Origin: an uncultured Acidobacteriota bacterium
GTDB lineage: Bacteria; Acidobacteriota; UBA6911
DNA length: 64,000 nt
Direction of reading: 5' to 3'
Assembly (NCBI GenBank): GCA_963827655.1
Contig: CAWHCF010000013.1
Coordinates: 32,001-96,000 of the forward strand
Shown: positions 9,634 through 19,120 of the stretch, in pieces
Layout of the letters: each line of letters starts with the position of its first letter
How positions within the stretch are numbered: the first letter of the stretch is position 1
Made by a program: the position numbers and the translations under genes
The notes under the pieces: model-generated
Databases searched by the model: none
What the model was told of the DNA's origin: nothing
The model's input: the letters and a program-made list of their open reading frames with translations, nothing else

Positions 9634-10266
9634 CTACCCTCCTTTCGTCTTTGCTGCAGCCAGGACGGCCTGCCGCACACCAACGTACGTGCCGCAGCGG
9701 CACAGGTTTCCGCCCAGCCCTTTCTCGACCTGCGCCATGGTCGGACTGGGATTCTTGTCCAGGAACGCCTTGCACGCCACTACGAACCCCGGTGTGCAAA
9801 AGCCGCATTGCTGGGCATCATGTTCGACAAAGGCCGCCTGAATCGCGGCGAGTTTGCCGTTCGGGGCGAGCCCCTCCACGGTAGTGATGTCTTTGCCCTG
9901 GGCCTCCAGAGCCAGCACCGAACAGGAATAGACTGGTTTGCCCCCCATTATGACGGTGCAGGCGCCGCAGGTTGCGCGATCGCAGACTTTCTTGGCTCCT
10001 GTGAAATCCAGATAGTTTCGTAAAGCGTCCAGCAGCGTCACGCGTGGTTCTACGCTCACGTTCTGCGCCGTGCCGTTGATGCGCAAGGCAACCGGAACCT
10101 TGGCAGGTCCCAGGATTTTTACGTTTGCCGCGGGGCTCTGGGGCTTCGCGACCCCGACTCCAGCTACGATGGGAGTCGTGAGGGCCACGCCAGCGCCCCT
10201 GGACAAAAAATCGCGACGTGATAAGCCCTTCTCGGGCTTGCTCTCGGGATCGCGGGATTTAGCCAT
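9634..10266 (-). CDS. (2Fe-2S)-binding subunit with Tat signal (PaoA/YagT-like)
   Basis: SRRDFL Tat motif; CDRATCGAC, QCGFCTPG and NLCRC motifs. Confidence 0.93.
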   Translation of the reverse strand: MAKSRDPESKPEKGLSRRDFLSRGAGVALTTPIVAGVGVAKPQSPAANVKILGPAKVPVALRINGTAQNVSVEPRVTLLDALRNYLDFTGAKKVCDRATCGACTVIMGGKPVYSCSVLALEAQGKDITTVEGLAPNGKLAAIQAAFVEHDAQQCGFCTPGFVVACKAFLDKNPSPTMAQVEKGLGGNLCRCGTYVGVRQAVLAAAKTKGG

Positions 10267-10370
10267 GAATTACCTCCACCTCGGGTTAGTTAAAGGTCAC
10301 GGTGGCAGCCTAACGGATAGGATGGTCAATAGCAGCCGCATTCTTCCACAGAACAGAAAAATCACGCAAG

Positions 10371-10398
10371 AGGATTCAGGATCCAGGATTCAGGATTT
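10371..10398. repeat. Heptamer tandem repeat AGGATTC x4
   Basis: aggattc aggatcc aggattc aggattt. Confidence 0.75.
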
Positions 10399-10414
10399 AC
10401 GGTTCGGGATATCT

Positions 10415-10476
10415 CAGTGTTTCTTCGTGTCCTGGTTGCATTGGTTTCGCAGCGCTAACCATGAAGACGCGAAGAC
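10415..10476. repeat. Dispersed 9-mer-based inverted repeat element (copy)
   Basis: The reverse strand carries the spacer GGTTAGCGCTGCGAAAC shared with the copies at 50578 and 62571. Confidence 0.75.
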
Positions 10477-11354
10477 TCCATGCGTTCCTTCATTGCGGAG
10501 CGCAACATTGCGATAGCCGCGTAAACCACTACCACGACGACAAGCCAGCGGACTGCGGTCAAAGGAAGCGATTTGACGATAGAGGCCGCCATCAACACGG
10601 CGGGAATGCCGCCCAGCGCCAGACCCAATGAGGTGCGCAGGCTGTAGCTTTGCCGCCGCATGAATCGCAGGCTGGCCACCGGCATCAGAAATGCGCAAGA
10701 ACCCATCATGATCGGGAAAGCCGCCGCAGGATTCATACCCAGAAGGCTGACCAGGATCATGCAGGGACCATAGAGCCCGATCCCGAGCGTCATTAGAGCT
10801 CCCAGGACAAGATTGACGGCCACCCCGGTCCCGAGGCGCGGCCCCTGAAGACCGAGCGTGTTGCCTCCGGGCGGAAGCAACCCGAGATTGGTCATCAGAA
10901 ACAGCGCTGCGGCGGCGATGAGCGCCAGCCCCATTCCGATCTGGATCCTACGGCGCGGCCATCCCGCGACGATCCCGGCGCCCAGCCAGGCGCCGCCCAC
11001 GGCTGCCGCTATCAGGAGGATCAATGTCGTCATGTCGACCTGCACAATCGCGATGAAGACAAAAGCTTGAACAATGGTGGGAGGTGTGTGGCCAACATTC
11101 AGTGTGCCCGGAATGTGTTCGTCCGGCACCAGCCTGCGAAGCTTGAAAATCGAAGTCGTGGGCGCGAACGAACCGATTCCGAGCGTATCGAAGAAATTTG
11201 TAACGAAGCCTATTGCAAGCTCCAGCAGCGTCGGCGCTCTCCCGCCTCGCTCTCTTGATTCGCCCCGGGATCTGAAAGCGCCAATCAACGAAACCAGAAA
11301 GATCAACCCAAGAATTGACAGAGCTATGAAAAGAGCCAGCTTCGCGCTCAACAT
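10455..11354 (-). CDS. TauE/SafE family membrane protein
   Basis: Multi-TM protein; NFFDTLGIGSFAPT and FPIMMGSCAFL motifs. Confidence 0.8.
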   Translation of the reverse strand: MLSAKLALFIALSILGLIFLVSLIGAFRSRGESRERGGRAPTLLELAIGFVTNFFDTLGIGSFAPTTSIFKLRRLVPDEHIPGTLNVGHTPPTIVQAFVFIAIVQVDMTTLILLIAAAVGGAWLGAGIVAGWPRRRIQIGMGLALIAAAALFLMTNLGLLPPGGNTLGLQGPRLGTGVAVNLVLGALMTLGIGLYGPCMILVSLLGMNPAAAFPIMMGSCAFLMPVASLRFMRRQSYSLRTSLGLALGGIPAVLMAASIVKSLPLTAVRWLVVVVVVYAAIAMLRSAMKERMESSRLHG

Positions 11355-11374
11355 TGAGGTAAACTTTCTCTTCT

Positions 11375-13987
11375 TTGGGTTCGTGGTATTTCTTCGCTGA
11401 GTCTCGTGCGCCTCACCCGCGGTGTCCTTGCGTCTTAGCGGTTAAGAAGGAACCCGCTCGCGACCGGCGGAGTATAAAGCCTCCAGGGACTTGCATGAAC
11501 CTTTTGTTTCTACCCGCCCATCTATCTGTTCGAATGTGGAGTTCTGCGATCAGCCGGCTTGCCGGTAGCGCCGTTCTGATTTTCTCCTGCGCCACTGCGG
11601 GGTTCGCCGAGCCTTGCATCAGGAGCGTCCGGGTCGAAGGGAACGTTCGCGTTCCCACGGCCAGCATCCTTCATCATGTTTCGACGGTCTCCGGAACACC
11701 GTTTGACGAGGCGGCCGCGCGGTCGGATATGCGCAAGCTGCACGCGCTCGGACTCTTCAGTTTTCTGGAAGTCGTCACTGAGGACGCCGGTAACGGGCTG
11801 ATGGATGTGATCTTCCGGGTCGAAGAACGCCCCTTTGTTTCGGATTTTCGGATTGAAGGGGTGAAGGAATCGCTCAAGGCGCGAATTGTCGAGCTTCTTC
11901 AAAAACAGCATCTTGAAATCCGCCCTTCCATGCCGTTTCAACCGGCCACGGGAAAGCGGGTCGAGGCTGCGGTGCGCGGTTTTCTTCGGGCACAAAAGTA
12001 TCCCAACGTGGAGGCCCAGCTGGTCGAGGAACTTCGAGGAACCACGGTGAGACTCGTCCTTCAAATCTGGCCGGGGCCTCGCTTGCCCATAAGGCAGGTT
12101 ATCTTCACCGGCAACCAGCGTCTCTCTTCCCCGGACCTGAACAAGCAGATGCGCGACACGCGTCCCGAGTCGTTCTGGAACCGGCGCGGGAGCTACATAC
12201 CCGAAGGATTGTCGGCTGACCTGGAGCGGCTCGACCGCTACTATCAATCCGCAGGCTATGCCGCGGTTTCAATCGGGAAGCCGGAAATCTCCGTGCGAAC
12301 TTTTCAATCGCGAAAATGGTTTCCATTACCGAGGAAGACGCGCGAACGCGAAGGGCTGATGATACGAATTCCCATCAATGAGGGTTCGCTCTTTCAGCTT
12401 GCCTCGGTTCGGATCGAGGGCGAGGCGAAGGCGGCGGCTTCGGAGATAGCCGCCCTGACGGAGTCTCTTCAGGTTCCGCGCCCGTACGATTCCTCGCTTC
12501 TCGAATCAATCCGCCAGAAAATGGTGGCTGCACTCGGCCGCTCCGGTTATGCCTTCGCACAGGTTCGCCTCGATCGGGGCGTCCACGAGCCCGACAAGAT
12601 CGCTGCAGTGTACAGAATCGATGCCGGCGGTCCCTTTGTCGTAGGCCAGATCCGATTCGAGGGGAATCGCCGCCTGCCGGACAAGTTTCTTCGCCGCGAG
12701 CTGGCTACACTAGAGGGTGACTTGTTCGATTCCGCCAAGCTGGACGAAAGCCTCGATCGGCTCAATCGAAGCAGCCTGGTCAAGGAGCTTCAGCGCGCCG
12801 ATATTGAGTTGAGCTTGAACGACCGTGACACGCTGGACGTCACGTTCAAAGTCAAGGAGAAGGATCGACAGGGCATCTATGGAACCGGCGGCACGGGAGG
12901 GATCGGCGGCGGCTATCTCGGGCTTCTCTACACGGCATTCAACCTGTTGGGCATCGGTGAAGCCCTGACCGTCCAGTTGGACGGAGGAGCAGCCCAATCA
13001 AACCTGCTGGTCGATCTGCTGACTCGTCATTTCCTCGGCTCCCCGTTTACCCTGGCTCTATCCGGTTTCCATCGTGTCACTAACATCAACGTCGCGCGGA
13101 TCGTTCCGGGGCCCGAGGACCTCATTGGAGTGTTGTGGCGCCGTTCGACGGGTTTCGGCGTCTCGGGAAGTTATCCACTGACTCCGGCTGCCCAGTTCGG
13201 AATCGGGGTTCAATTGAAGCGCGACTCCACGCGCGAAGCAGGCGGGAGCGGCGCCGGCCAGACAGCAACGCCGGTGGTCTACAAATCGGAGCTGAGTCCG
13301 TCATTCAGCTTTGATTCAACCCGCGGGATCGGGGCCGAAACGCGCGGCAGCAAGCTATTGCTGGCGCAGTCGTGGCGCGGGACCCCGTTTCTGGGCTCGG
13401 TCAAGTCGACCCGGCCCTCCCTGCAGTACGGTCGTTATCTGAAAGCCCCCAGGAAGAGCGGCCTGGCTTTCCAGGCTTACGCTACATTCGTTCAGCCGCA
13501 CGCAGGCCGCGCTCTCGCGCTGGAGGAGCGATTCTTCCCCGGGAATGAAATTGCGCGCGGCTTCCGGCGCGGCGCTCTCTCGCCCTGGAGCTATGCCCCG
13601 GACCTTGGTTCCGAAGCGCTTCGGCCTGCAGGGGCGGACGCGCTCGGACGGTTTTCGGCAGAGTACCGGGTGCCGCTGCGAGGGCCGCTCAGCTCGGCGC
13701 TTTTTCTCGACCTGGGATGGACGCGGGTAAGGCGCGGGGACGTTGAGTCCGCCGAAAGGGTAAGCCTGATCGAGGCGACCAACGGCTTGCTACGGGCCTC
13801 GACCGGTGGGGAATTGAGAATGCAGTTGCCTCTGATACGCCAGCCGGCGCGCGTGATCTTCGCCTGGAATCCTCTCCGGCTTCACACCCTGTTTCAGAGT
13901 CCGGATTCTGCGCCGCTCCGCATAGCGGATCCGCGCGGAGCGATCCGCTTCGCATTAGGACTGCAACGATTGACGATTTACGATTGA
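11375..13987 (+). CDS. BamA/Omp85 family outer-membrane protein with POTRA domains (true start probably about 11496-11535)
   Basis: POTRA motifs (VRVEGN, FTGN, YYQSAGY, IRFEGN..LRRE) and a C-terminal barrel with ARGF and SAEYRVPL. Confidence 0.85.
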   Translation: MGSWYFFAESRAPHPRCPCVLAVKKEPARDRRSIKPPGTCMNLLFLPAHLSVRMWSSAISRLAGSAVLIFSCATAGFAEPCIRSVRVEGNVRVPTASILHHVSTVSGTPFDEAAARSDMRKLHALGLFSFLEVVTEDAGNGLMDVIFRVEERPFVSDFRIEGVKESLKARIVELLQKQHLEIRPSMPFQPATGKRVEAAVRGFLRAQKYPNVEAQLVEELRGTTVRLVLQIWPGPRLPIRQVIFTGNQRLSSPDLNKQMRDTRPESFWNRRGSYIPEGLSADLERLDRYYQSAGYAAVSIGKPEISVRTFQSRKWFPLPRKTREREGLMIRIPINEGSLFQLASVRIEGEAKAAASEIAALTESLQVPRPYDSSLLESIRQKMVAALGRSGYAFAQVRLDRGVHEPDKIAAVYRIDAGGPFVVGQIRFEGNRRLPDKFLRRELATLEGDLFDSAKLDESLDRLNRSSLVKELQRADIELSLNDRDTLDVTFKVKEKDRQGIYGTGGTGGIGGGYLGLLYTAFNLLGIGEALTVQLDGGAAQSNLLVDLLTRHFLGSPFTLALSGFHRVTNINVARIVPGPEDLIGVLWRRSTGFGVSGSYPLTPAAQFGIGVQLKRDSTREAGGSGAGQTATPVVYKSELSPSFSFDSTRGIGAETRGSKLLLAQSWRGTPFLGSVKSTRPSLQYGRYLKAPRKSGLAFQAYATFVQPHAGRALALEERFFPGNEIARGFRRGALSPWSYAPDLGSEALRPAGADALGRFSAEYRVPLRGPLSSALFLDLGWTRVRRGDVESAERVSLIEATNGLLRASTGGELRMQLPLIRQPARVIFAWNPLRLHTLFQSPDSAPLRIADPRGAIRFALGLQRLTIYD

Positions 13988-14063
13988 CGATTTACGATTG
14001 ACAATTCGCGATTAAACGCCGATTGCGATCGTAAATCGTCAATCGTCAATCGTCAATCGTAAA
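13966..14063. repeat. Inverted heptamer tandem repeat (ACGATTG/T ... C/AAATCGT) forming a long hairpin between convergent genes
   Basis: About 6 direct units followed by about 5 reverse-complement units. Confidence 0.9.
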
Positions 14064-14081
14064 CGTCCTGGTCCGGATGTT

Positions 14082-14585
14082 CTACTTAGTCTGAAAGTCT
14101 GCGCTGAGCCTCAGTGTGCCCCAGGTCGTTAGGAAGACGCCACCCTTCGCGGCTTCCTTCAATTCAATCGTAAAAGTCTCGACCGGACTGGAGGCGCTTT
14201 CCTTTTTCAGGGGCACTTTCAAGTCCTGGCTCGCTCCCGCTTGACCGGACTGCGATTGGAAAATCAATTCGAACTTGTCTTCGGCGACCTTACCCAACTG
14301 CAGGCGATAGCTTCCCTTCGGAATCTTGGTACTTCCGAAGGTCAGGTCCACGGGCGTGGTTAAGACCGACGGATCGTCCTGTCCCATACGCCACACGTCG
14401 CCGGTTTTCAATTGCCCGATCATGTCGCGCCCTTTCAACGAGGGGCGGCCATATTCAATCGTGATCGGTCCAGTCCCTGCCTTTAGCTCCGCCTTACCAC
14501 GGAGTCCTTGAGCCATCAACGGCGTTGCCAAAACACACGTCAGCAACAAACATTCAATCCAGCCGAGAGCTTTCTTATAATGCAT
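14082..14585 (-). CDS. DUF2911 domain protein
   Basis: Signal peptide; ITIEYGRPSLKGR, VWRMG and VETFTI motifs; GAGGAG RBS. Confidence 0.85.
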   Translation of the reverse strand: MHYKKALGWIECLLLTCVLATPLMAQGLRGKAELKAGTGPITIEYGRPSLKGRDMIGQLKTGDVWRMGQDDPSVLTTPVDLTFGSTKIPKGSYRLQLGKVAEDKFELIFQSQSGQAGASQDLKVPLKKESASSPVETFTIELKEAAKGGVFLTTWGTLRLSADFQTK

Positions 14586-14760
14586 CGCTTTCTCCTCAGG
14601 GTTAGAAAGGGACAAAGAATAGCACCTGTCCCCGTTTCTTTCCAAGTTTCAAGGCGGAGATAGTATTAGTTCGTTGCGGATATCCGGTAGCTGTGCAACA
14701 CGGTCAATTCGATCGTCAGGTAACGAGGTCAAGAAGATGTCCGCGTTATTAAGCCCGAAA

Positions 14761-14791
14761 GCTGACGGCTGACCGCTGATAGCTGATCGCT
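14761..14791. repeat. Heptamer tandem repeat GCTGAYN x4
   Basis: gctgacg gctgacc gctgata gctgatc gct. Confidence 0.75.
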
Positions 14792-14824
14792 CTCGATCAT
14801 TTTGATTGCGGCCTTACGGCTGCG

Positions 14825-16138
14825 TTGTGGTTTCAGGCCAAAATGACAACTGCCACCACCTCCCAACGACAGATCCTGTTGTTCTGGCTTCCGCTGGCTG
14901 CAAGCTGGACTCTCATGGGGATGGAGGGTCCGATCCTGCAGGCGATCATCGCGCGCCTTCCCAACCTCGAGACCCAGCTGGCGGCTTTCGGCATTGTGAT
15001 GAGCGTCGAGATTGCCATCGAAAGTCCGGTGATCATGCTTCTCGCAACCAGTACCGCCCTGGTCACCAACGCGCAAAGCTATTACACCCTGCGCCGTTTC
15101 ATGATCTGGGTCAACCTCCTGGTCACCCTGGTTGCTTTTCTGGTGGCGTTTACACCGCTCTATCGATTGCTGGTGTCGACTCTCATGGGTATCCCGACGC
15201 ACATTGCGGAAGCGGCTCGGCCCGGGATGAAAATAATGACATTCTGGTCCGCTGCTATCGGAGTTCGCCGTTTCCAGCAAGGCGTCTTGATCCGTCAGGG
15301 TCAGACGCGCTGGATAGGATACGGCACATTGGTGCGTCTGATTTCGTCTGCCGGAACGGGCATTCTGCTGGCTGTCCTTGTGCCGCTGCCGGGAGTTTAC
15401 ATTGCCAGCATCAGCCTGATGGCGGGGGTCGCCCTGGAGGCGCTGTTTATTGGATGGGCGGCCCGGCCCACGGTTGCCCGAATCCTGTCTTGGCCTGGTC
15501 AGGGCATTGGCGAGATCCTTTCATTCAATGATGTCGCTCGATATCACGCGCCACTTGCGGCCACATCGCTTCTGACCCTCTTGATCCAGCCTTTGATCGG
15601 CGCCGGATTGGCAAGGATGCAGTTTCCCGAGGAAAACCTGGCGGCATGGCCTGTGGTCTGGGGAGTGCTGTTCATCTTCCGCAGTCCCGCGTTTGCACTT
15701 CCGGAAGCGATCATCACACTGATATCCGAAAGGCGCTTGTTGGATCCTGTCCGCCAATTCTGCCGGAGGGTGGGAATTGCATCCTCATTGGCTCTTCTGA
15801 TCCTCACCGCGTCGCCGCTTTTGACTCTGTACCTGCGTTACCTCGCGGGACTGCCGGACAGCCTGTCACGTTTTGTCGTGCCGGGCCTGGTCCTCGGTGT
15901 TTTTATTCCGCTGGTCAATTCGATCCACAGCTGGTATCGCGGGCTCCTCATGGTAGGACGCCTGACCGGCGTGATTTACTGGAGCATGGCGCTTGGCCTG
16001 CTGGTGGCCGCGCTGGTTATCTTCGTCGGAGTAAAACTGCGCGCTCCAGGAGTCGCGACCGGCGTGACGGCAATGATAGCGTCGATGCTGGCGGAGATTT
16101 ACTATCTGCGAAAGAGATCGAATTCGGTGGTCTTTTAG
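14825..16138 (+). CDS. MATE/ANKH-like membrane transporter
   Basis: About 12 TM segments; duplicated FWLPLA/YHAPLA and LAAF/LAAW halves; ATG 14843 is a possible start. Confidence 0.7.
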   Translation: MWFQAKMTTATTSQRQILLFWLPLAASWTLMGMEGPILQAIIARLPNLETQLAAFGIVMSVEIAIESPVIMLLATSTALVTNAQSYYTLRRFMIWVNLLVTLVAFLVAFTPLYRLLVSTLMGIPTHIAEAARPGMKIMTFWSAAIGVRRFQQGVLIRQGQTRWIGYGTLVRLISSAGTGILLAVLVPLPGVYIASISLMAGVALEALFIGWAARPTVARILSWPGQGIGEILSFNDVARYHAPLAATSLLTLLIQPLIGAGLARMQFPEENLAAWPVVWGVLFIFRSPAFALPEAIITLISERRLLDPVRQFCRRVGIASSLALLILTASPLLTLYLRYLAGLPDSLSRFVVPGLVLGVFIPLVNSIHSWYRGLLMVGRLTGVIYWSMALGLLVAALVIFVGVKLRAPGVATGVTAMIASMLAEIYYLRKRSNSVVF

Positions 16139-16187
16139 TGTCTTCGCGTCTTCGTGGTTAGTTATAATCGCGGGCTTTCAGCCGTCA

Positions 16188-17681
16188 GTGGAGGAAGGTG
16201 TGATCAATTTCCGTCGCCGGGGCAGCTTCTGTCTCATCTCCTTGCTGCTGGCGCCCCTGAGCTGGAGCCAGACCCGGCCGGACAGGCGGCCCAACTTTAT
16301 CCTTATTATTGCAGACGACATGGCCTGGGATGACTACGGCGCGTACGGTCACCGTACCATCAAGACGCCGAACCTCGATCGTCTGGCGCGCCAGGGCATG
16401 CGTTTCGACCGCGCGTTTCTGACCGCTTCTTCCTGTAGTCCCAGCCGGGCAAGCTTGATCACCGGGCGGTATCCGCACAGCGCCGATGCCGAGCAGCTCC
16501 ATTGGCCGCTCCCTAAAGAGCAGATCACGTTCGTCGAGCTGCTCAAAAAGGCGGGCTACTGGACTGCGGCGGCCGGCAAGTGGCACCTCGGTGACGACGT
16601 GAAAGACCGGTTCGACCAGGTGCGTGAGGCGGACCCGGCCGGATTTCAGCTCGGGAGCAGTGGAGGGCTGGCCGTCAAGTCCGGGGCGGGCGCGGTTCAG
16701 AGCGGGTGCGATCAGTGGCTGCCGACCTTGCGCGCCCGTCCGCGGGGCAAGCCGTTTTTTCTCTGGCTGGCTTCCCTGGATCCGCATCGGGACTATGAGG
16801 AGAACACAATTCCGCAACCGCATCGGCCCGCCGACGTCGTGGTGCCACCCTACCTGCCGGACATTGCTGAGGTACGAAAAGAGCTTGCGCTTTACTACGA
16901 CGAGATCAGCCGGCTCGACCGGTTTGTCGCCGAGGTGCTGGCGGAACTCGATCGCCAGGGAGAGGCGGAGCATACGCTTGTGCTGTTCATGAGTGACAAC
17001 GGTCGGCCTTTCCCCAGGGCCAAGACCACGACGTATGACAGCGGCATCAAGACCCCCTGGGTCGTGCGCTGGCCGGCTCGCGTCAAAGCGGGGAGCGTTT
17101 GCAAGAATCTGGTGAGCGCAATCGACATCGCCCCGACGTTTATCGAACTGGCGGGTATCGTTCCTCGTGCCGGCTTTCAGGGGAAGAGCTTCGCCCGGCT
17201 ACTGGAGGACCCGCAGCGTGCAATCCACGACTACGTGTACGCGGAAGACAACTGGCACGATTACGCGGACCATGCTCGGGCGGTGCGATCGCTTCAATAC
17301 AAGTACATCCGCAATTACTACGACGACCTTCCCGGCACGCCGGGCGCCGATGCCGTTCGCAGCAGCACGTTTCAGGCGATGCTGCGGCTGCGAGTTGCGG
17401 GCGCGCTCAGTAATGAGCAGAGCAATGTGTTTGCCAGGCCCCGGCCGCGCGAGGAGTTCTACGACACGACGGCCGATCCGCACGAACTGCGGAATCTCGT
17501 CGACGACCCGCGCTATGCCGCGACTCTTGCGGAGATGCGGAAAGCTCTTCTCGACTGGGAGCGGGAAACCGGCGACCGCGTGCCGCGTATCAGGACCCCC
17601 GACGAATTCGATCGGGAAACTGGAACTCCACTGCCGAATCGCAAGCGACCGCGCCCGTCGAAGAAGGAGTTGGGCTTGTGA
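16188..17681 (+). CDS. Sulfatase (N-sulfoglucosamine sulfohydrolase-like)
   Basis: PNFILIIADD, CSPSRASLITG, GKWH, SDNG and DPHE motifs; TATAAT at 16163-16168 upstream. Confidence 0.93.
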   Translation: MEEGVINFRRRGSFCLISLLLAPLSWSQTRPDRRPNFILIIADDMAWDDYGAYGHRTIKTPNLDRLARQGMRFDRAFLTASSCSPSRASLITGRYPHSADAEQLHWPLPKEQITFVELLKKAGYWTAAAGKWHLGDDVKDRFDQVREADPAGFQLGSSGGLAVKSGAGAVQSGCDQWLPTLRARPRGKPFFLWLASLDPHRDYEENTIPQPHRPADVVVPPYLPDIAEVRKELALYYDEISRLDRFVAEVLAELDRQGEAEHTLVLFMSDNGRPFPRAKTTTYDSGIKTPWVVRWPARVKAGSVCKNLVSAIDIAPTFIELAGIVPRAGFQGKSFARLLEDPQRAIHDYVYAEDNWHDYADHARAVRSLQYKYIRNYYDDLPGTPGADAVRSSTFQAMLRLRVAGALSNEQSNVFARPRPREEFYDTTADPHELRNLVDDPRYAATLAEMRKALLDWERETGDRVPRIRTPDEFDRETGTPLPNRKRPRPSKKELGL

Positions 17682-17747
17682 CCGCGTCTTCGCGACTTTG
17701 CGTCCTGGTGGTGGGTCTTTACCCGGAGGGAAAGGAGAGCTGTTCAA

Positions 17748-19028
17748 ATGCGATTCAGAACTGACTGGCTTGTTTTATTCTGCCTGGCCGCTTATCCGGC
17801 GCAGGCGCAGTATGAGCTGCTTCTGTCGGGCGGCCACGTCATCGACCCGAAAAACCGGATCAACCAGCGCATGGATATCGGCATTGCCGATGGAAAGATC
17901 GCCGCGGTCGCATCGAAGATCGAACCAGCGCGAGCCAAGCGGACCATCGATCTTTCAGGGCTATACATGACGCCTGGACTGATCGATCTCCATACCCACC
18001 TTTTTGCGACTACCGGTATTCCCGGGGCGTGGGCCGGCGACAGCAGCGTCTTTCCGGACGGCTTCAGCTTTCGCGCCGGCGTCACCACGATGGCCGATGC
18101 CGGATCTTCGGGTTGGCGCAATTTTGAGACTTTCCGTCATACCGTGATCGACCGCGCGCGAACTCGAGTCCTGGCGTTCATCAATGTGGTCGGCCTGGGC
18201 ATGATCAACGATTTCGTAGAGCAGGATCGAAATGACATGAAACCCGATGAATTGGCCCGCCTGGCGCGCAAACACAAGGATGTCGTCGTAGGTATAAAAT
18301 CCGCGCACTATCAGGGTATCGATTGGACTTCGGTGGATCGCGCGATCGAGGCGGGTAAATTGGCCGACATTCCGATCATGGTAGATTTCGGCTACTTTCT
18401 CCCGGACCGCCCCTACTGGAAGCTCGTAACCGAGCGCCTGCGGCCGGGCGACATCAGTACCCACATGTTTCGTGGACCTGTCCCTTATGTTGATGATAAA
18501 GGCAAGCTGTTTGATTATCTTGCGCGCGCGCGGGCCCGGGGCGTGAAATTTGACGTCGGCCATGGCGGGGGAAGCTTCGTCATGAGAAACGCCGTTCCGG
18601 CCATCGCGCAGGGGTTTTATCCGGACTCCATCTCGACCGATCTTCATACTGGTAGCATGAACGGAGCCATGATCGACATGCCCACGACGATGTCGAAATT
18701 GCTGGTAATGGGAATGCCTTTAAACGAAGTGGTCCTGCGCTCGACCTGGAACCCGGCGGAAATGATCCGGAGACCGGAGCTGGGACATTTGAGTGTAGGC
18801 GCTCTCGCCGACATCGCCGTCTGGAAACTGCTCGAGGGTGATTTCGGCTTCGCCGATGCGGCCGGCGGAAAAATAACAGGGAAGCAGCGCCTGTTTTGCG
18901 AGCTGACCTTCAAAGACGGGCGTATCGTGTGGGACTGGAACGCGCGAGGCGGCGCCGATTATAAGACTCTCACCCCTACCTACGGAATCAGGGAAGGCAT
19001 CGATCATATCGTGAAGCCTAAACAGTAA
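17748..19028 (+). CDS. Amidohydrolase/deacetylase family metallohydrolase (dihydroorotase-like)
   Basis: PGLIDLHTH, DAGSSG, DVGHGGGSF and ISTD motifs; signal peptide. Confidence 0.88.
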   Translation: MRFRTDWLVLFCLAAYPAQAQYELLLSGGHVIDPKNRINQRMDIGIADGKIAAVASKIEPARAKRTIDLSGLYMTPGLIDLHTHLFATTGIPGAWAGDSSVFPDGFSFRAGVTTMADAGSSGWRNFETFRHTVIDRARTRVLAFINVVGLGMINDFVEQDRNDMKPDELARLARKHKDVVVGIKSAHYQGIDWTSVDRAIEAGKLADIPIMVDFGYFLPDRPYWKLVTERLRPGDISTHMFRGPVPYVDDKGKLFDYLARARARGVKFDVGHGGGSFVMRNAVPAIAQGFYPDSISTDLHTGSMNGAMIDMPTTMSKLLVMGMPLNEVVLRSTWNPAEMIRRPELGHLSVGALADIAVWKLLEGDFGFADAAGGKITGKQRLFCELTFKDGRIVWDWNARGGADYKTLTPTYGIREGIDHIVKPKQ

Positions 19029-19120
19029 GGTTTGTCACTTAGCTTTTCTTCGTGTCTTTGAGGCTTAGTGGTTGGTTTTTGACACGAAGAAACGCGAAGC
19101 ATCTTAATAAGGATGAAGTA

